In this document: positions 60,556 to 64,000 of the stretch, one piece after another
Layout: every line of letters begins with the position of its first letter
Position numbering within the stretch: the first letter of the stretch is position 1
Source of the DNA: Clostridia bacterium
GTDB lineage: Bacteria > Bacillota > Clostridia > UBA1212 > DUPL01
Reading direction: 5' to 3'
Length of the DNA: 64,000 nt
Assembly: GCA_050951325.1 (NCBI GenBank)
Contig: JBMNIW010000005.1
Location: forward strand, 64,001-128,000
Position numbers and translations under genes: made by a program
Notes under the pieces: model-generated
The model's database searches: none
What the model saw: only the letters and a program-made list of their open reading frames with translations
Told to the model about the DNA's origin: nothing

Positions 60556-61356
60556 ATGAGAACAATAGCAGTCCTAGGTTGTGGAAATATGGGAGGTGCA
60601 ATTATAAGAGGAATTGCATCAGGGCGTGAGAAGATTGCCAATATAAAAGTTTATGACAAAGACCTTTCAAAGGTCGAGGCCATCTGTGATGAAACAGGAT
60701 GTATTTCATGCAGCAGCGAAATTGATGCCGTTAATGGATCCGAAGTTGTTTTTATTGCTGTAAAACCTGATATGGTGCGGAAGCTTTTAGGTGAAATAAA
60801 GGATGCATGCAAGGGCAAGATAATTGTCTCAATTGCTGCAGGAGTAAACGTGTATACTTTTCTTGATATATTGGGTCATAATGCAAAAGTTGTCCGTACA
60901 ATTCCCAATCTGCCGGCAGTCGTTGGAGAAGGACTTGCGGGATTGTTCTTTCATAATGTAAGTGATGAAGATAAGGTATATGTAGAGAGACTGTTTTCTA
61001 GTTTTGGAAAGACTGTTACTGTATACAAAGAAGAGCAGATTGATGAAATGATTGCTGTCACATCAAGCTCGCCGGCATATATCTGCATGTTTGTTGAAGC
61101 TCTTGCAGACGGAGCAGTGCGTGCAGGATTCAATAGAGATGATGCTTACAAAATGGCTTTACAAACCATATACGGAACAGCAAAACTTATGTTGGAAAAA
61201 AACATTCATCCTGCGGTATTGAAGGATCAGGTATGTTCGCCTGGCGGGACCACTATAGAAGGAGTTGCCGTATTGGAAAAAGCAGGTTTTAGAAATGCGG
61301 TTCTGGAAGCCATGACGGCAGTGAGTGATAAAGTAAAGGTATTGAGTAAAGGATAA
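60556..61356 (+). CDS. proC: Pyrroline-5-carboxylate reductase
   Basis: GCGNMG, AVKP, SIAAG, SSSPAY, VCSPGGTT; promoter TTGAAA-17-TATAAT at 60504-60532. Confidence 0.97.
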   Translation: MRTIAVLGCGNMGGAIIRGIASGREKIANIKVYDKDLSKVEAICDETGCISCSSEIDAVNGSEVVFIAVKPDMVRKLLGEIKDACKGKIIVSIAAGVNVYTFLDILGHNAKVVRTIPNLPAVVGEGLAGLFFHNVSDEDKVYVERLFSSFGKTVTVYKEEQIDEMIAVTSSSPAYICMFVEALADGAVRAGFNRDDAYKMALQTIYGTAKLMLEKNIHPAVLKDQVCSPGGTTIEGVAVLEKAGFRNAVLEAMTAVSDKVKVLSKG

Positions 61357-61357
61357 G

Positions 61358-62374
61358 GTGGAAATGAAAAAAGTTCAGATTTATACTGACGGCGCATGTT
61401 CGGGAAACCCAGGTCCTGGAGGGTATGCTGCCATACTCATATACGACAAGCATGAAAAAGAGATATGGGGATATGAAGACAATACAACTAACAACAGAAT
61501 GGAGCTTATGGCACCAATAAAAGCCTTGTCGATGTTGAAAACCAAATGTGAAGTTGAAATTTATTCGGATAGTGCATATGTTGTAAACAGTTTCAATATG
61601 GGATGGATATATGCCTGGAAGAAAAACGGATGGAAGAAGGACAAGGGTCAGGAGCTAAAAAATGTTGACCTGCTTCAAAAATTGTATGCTCTTTGTCAAA
61701 AGCACAAAGTTACCTGGCACAAGGTAAAGGGACACAGTGACAATGAATACAACAATCGCTGCGATGCTCTTGCGGTAAATGCAATAAAGGAACTGATAAA
61801 AAAAAAGAAGGAAAACAATGAAAATAGTGGATTTTATGAAGGAGATTTGAAGGAAACTGTCATATCAATAGAGGAAATATTCAAAGGCAAGGTTTTCGAT
61901 GTGAATGTATTGCAGGTAAAAATGCCTGATGACACGGTGGCTCGCAGGGAGATTGTTTCACATCCGGGAGGAGCAGCCATCTGTGCTGTTGATGATGAGG
62001 GTTATGTGTATACGGTTGTCCAGTACAGGATTGCAACAAGCGGTGAGCTGATAGAAATACCTGCAGGCAAGGTGGAGAAGGGTGAAGATCCGAAAGAATG
62101 CGCCAAAAGGGAACTGGCTGAAGAGACAGGTTTGATTGCAAAAGAAGTAAGACATATTGTAAGCTTTTATGCAACACCTGGATACTGCACAGAAATGCTC
62201 CACATATATCTTGCTACAGGTCTAGAAGAGGGTAATCTCAACAGAGACGAGGGCGAATTTCTTCATGTAAGAAAATACAAAATCGATGAATTAATGAGAA
62301 TGATTCAAAATGGGGAAATTACGGATGGTAAAACAATAATTGCAGCAATGTGGGCAAAAATGAATTGGAGATGA
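61358..62374 (+). CDS. rnhA: RNase HI-Nudix hydrolase (ADP-ribose pyrophosphatase-like) fusion
   Basis: YTDGACSGNPGPGG, TNNRMEL, SDS.Y, VKGH...YN..CD.LA; then REIV.HPG, QYR, EIPAGKVEKGEDPKECAKRELAEETG. Confidence 0.93.
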   Translation: MEMKKVQIYTDGACSGNPGPGGYAAILIYDKHEKEIWGYEDNTTNNRMELMAPIKALSMLKTKCEVEIYSDSAYVVNSFNMGWIYAWKKNGWKKDKGQELKNVDLLQKLYALCQKHKVTWHKVKGHSDNEYNNRCDALAVNAIKELIKKKKENNENSGFYEGDLKETVISIEEIFKGKVFDVNVLQVKMPDDTVARREIVSHPGGAAICAVDDEGYVYTVVQYRIATSGELIEIPAGKVEKGEDPKECAKRELAEETGLIAKEVRHIVSFYATPGYCTEMLHIYLATGLEEGNLNRDEGEFLHVRKYKIDELMRMIQNGEITDGKTIIAAMWAKMNWR

Positions 62375-62379
62375 TTCAT

Positions 62380-63642
62380 TTGAGAATGTATGACATTATT
62401 CATAAAAAGAGACATGGGAAAAAACTAAGTGAAGATGAAATTAAGTATTTTGTGACCGAGTATACAAAAGGGAACATACCTGATTATCAGGCATCTGCTC
62501 TTTTAATGGCCATTGCGATAAACTCAATGGACAAAGAAGAAACTTCGTATCTTACCAAGTGGATGGTGAATTCTGGGGAGGTACTGAGTCTTGATTCGAT
62601 TCCCGGCAAAAAGACAGACAAACACAGTACAGGAGGTGTTGGGGACAAAACCACACTTATATGTGCAATGATTGTTGCAGCCTTGGATGTGCCTGTGGCA
62701 AAAATGTCAGGAAGGGGACTGGGGCACACAGGCGGCACTATCGATAAACTTGAATCCATCCCCGGATTCAGAACAAGCCTGACAAGACAGGAATTTATTG
62801 AACTTGTAAAAAAGAACAATATTGCCATATGTGGTCAGTCGGAGTCCCTTGCGCCTGCGGACAAATTACTATACGCATTAAGAGATCAGACAGCGACTGT
62901 TGACAGTATTCCACTTATTGCATCCAGTATAATGAGCAAGAAGATTGCTGCAGGCAGCGACTGCATTGTATTGGATGTAAAGGTTGGGAAAGGCGCATTT
63001 ATGAAAACCTTTGATGAAGCAAGGGTTTTGGCTGACCTTATGTGTGAGATTGGCGCATCCATGAATAGAAAAGCTGTTAGCGTCATATCCGATATGAACG
63101 AACCTCTCGGTTATGCAATTGGCAATTCTCTTGAGGTTGTTGAGTCGATTGAAACATTGAAGGGAAACGGACCTGAAGATCTTTGCAGCATTGCAATCAA
63201 GCTGGCCGCCAATATGGTGTCTTTGGCTAAAGATATTGGCTATGAGGATGCTGAGAGGTTGTGTAAGGAAGTATTGGAAAACGGGAAGGCTTTGGGAAAG
63301 TTTCGTGAGTTTGTCAAATGTCAGGATGGAGATACGAGAGTTGTTGACGACTATACAGTATTCAAGCAGCCAAGAAGAGTATTTGAATACAACTCTGAGA
63401 AAAGTGGCATGATTAAGAGTATCGATTCGTATAAGATTGGAAACGCTGCATGTATACTTGGAGCAGGCAGGACTGTAAAAGATGGTAAGATTGATCCCTC
63501 TGCAGGCATCGTTTTGGAACGAAAGTCAGGCGAAAGAGTTGAAAAGGGCGAATGTTTGGCGAAATTGTATACCGATATTGACAATATCGATAATGCGATA
63601 AATATATTGAATACTGCCTGGGAAATTGAGGAAGGAGTGTGA
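62380..63642 (+). CDS. pdp: Pyrimidine-nucleoside phosphorylase
   Basis: DKHSTGGVGDK, KMSGRGLGHTGGTIDKLESIPG, SSIMSKKIA. Confidence 0.97.
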   Translation: MRMYDIIHKKRHGKKLSEDEIKYFVTEYTKGNIPDYQASALLMAIAINSMDKEETSYLTKWMVNSGEVLSLDSIPGKKTDKHSTGGVGDKTTLICAMIVAALDVPVAKMSGRGLGHTGGTIDKLESIPGFRTSLTRQEFIELVKKNNIAICGQSESLAPADKLLYALRDQTATVDSIPLIASSIMSKKIAAGSDCIVLDVKVGKGAFMKTFDEARVLADLMCEIGASMNRKAVSVISDMNEPLGYAIGNSLEVVESIETLKGNGPEDLCSIAIKLAANMVSLAKDIGYEDAERLCKEVLENGKALGKFREFVKCQDGDTRVVDDYTVFKQPRRVFEYNSEKSGMIKSIDSYKIGNAACILGAGRTVKDGKIDPSAGIVLERKSGERVEKGECLAKLYTDIDNIDNAINILNTAWEIEEGV

Positions 63643-63646
63643 TTTT

Positions 63647-64000
63647 ATGAAAACAAAAAGAGTGTTTTCTTTATTGCTTTGCATGATTCTAGTTTTTACC
63701 AGTTATGTTGGTATTTTTGCGACAGGCTATTCTCAAACTGAGGCAAACTCAATATATTCCAATGCTGATGTGAAAGACTTGAGTGCAAAAGGTTTTTCGC
63801 TTCTGGATTTTGATTCGGGTACCATTGTTTATGATGGGAATGGAGATAAGAAATTTCCTGTTGGAAACATGATCAAGTTAATGACACTCTATCTTGCTTT
63901 CGAGGCAATTAGCAACGGTCAAACGACATTGGATACTGAATTTGCCGTTGTACAAAGTGCTCAAGATAAATCCATAGGAAGAGAAAGAGTGTTTTTGGAT
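63647..64000 (+). CDS. D-alanyl-D-alanine carboxypeptidase-like (DacF position), 3' truncated by window edge
   Basis: Hand translation: signal peptide, LSAKGFSLLDFDSGTIVY, FPVGNMIKLMTLYLAFEAI; follows pdp. Confidence 0.75.
   Translation, partial: MKTKRVFSLLLCMILVFTSYVGIFATGYSQTEANSIYSNADVKDLSAKGFSLLDFDSGTIVYDGNGDKKFPVGNMIKLMTLYLAFEAISNGQTTLDTEFAVVQSAQDKSIGRERVFLD

Overview
Chromosomal window from a low-GC Clostridia-type (Bacillota) bacterium. I see no CRISPR array, rRNA, integrase or transposase. It is mostly core genes: end of acnA; T-box and ileS; smc-ftsY-ylxM-ffh-rpsP-khpA-rimM-trmD-cysteine desulfurase-thiI; tRNA-Lys-hisS-luxS; tRNA-Trp; two tRNA-Pro; proC; pdp. Interleaved are a carbohydrate block (GH78 rhamnosidase, SorE-like reductase, rhamnulokinase, acetylesterase, DUF4838, CBM9-like), a methanol methyltransferase pair (mtaB-mtaC) and a Y-family polymerase/YolD pair. 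Best candidates for undescribed biology: (1) a three-gene Tad minor-pilin cassette whose TadE-like pilin ends in what looks like a catalytically disarmed CdiA-EC869-type DNase domain, a possible pilus DNA receptor; (2) three paralogous membrane-anchored proteins sharing an unnamed aromatic-rich domain; (3) an RNase HI-Nudix fusion; (4) two apparent pseudoenzymes (6-phosphogluconate dehydrogenase-like and DacF-like); (5) an ileS T-box with an atypical antiterminator followed by a consensus bypass promoter. All family assignments come from motif recognition by eye; no searches were run.
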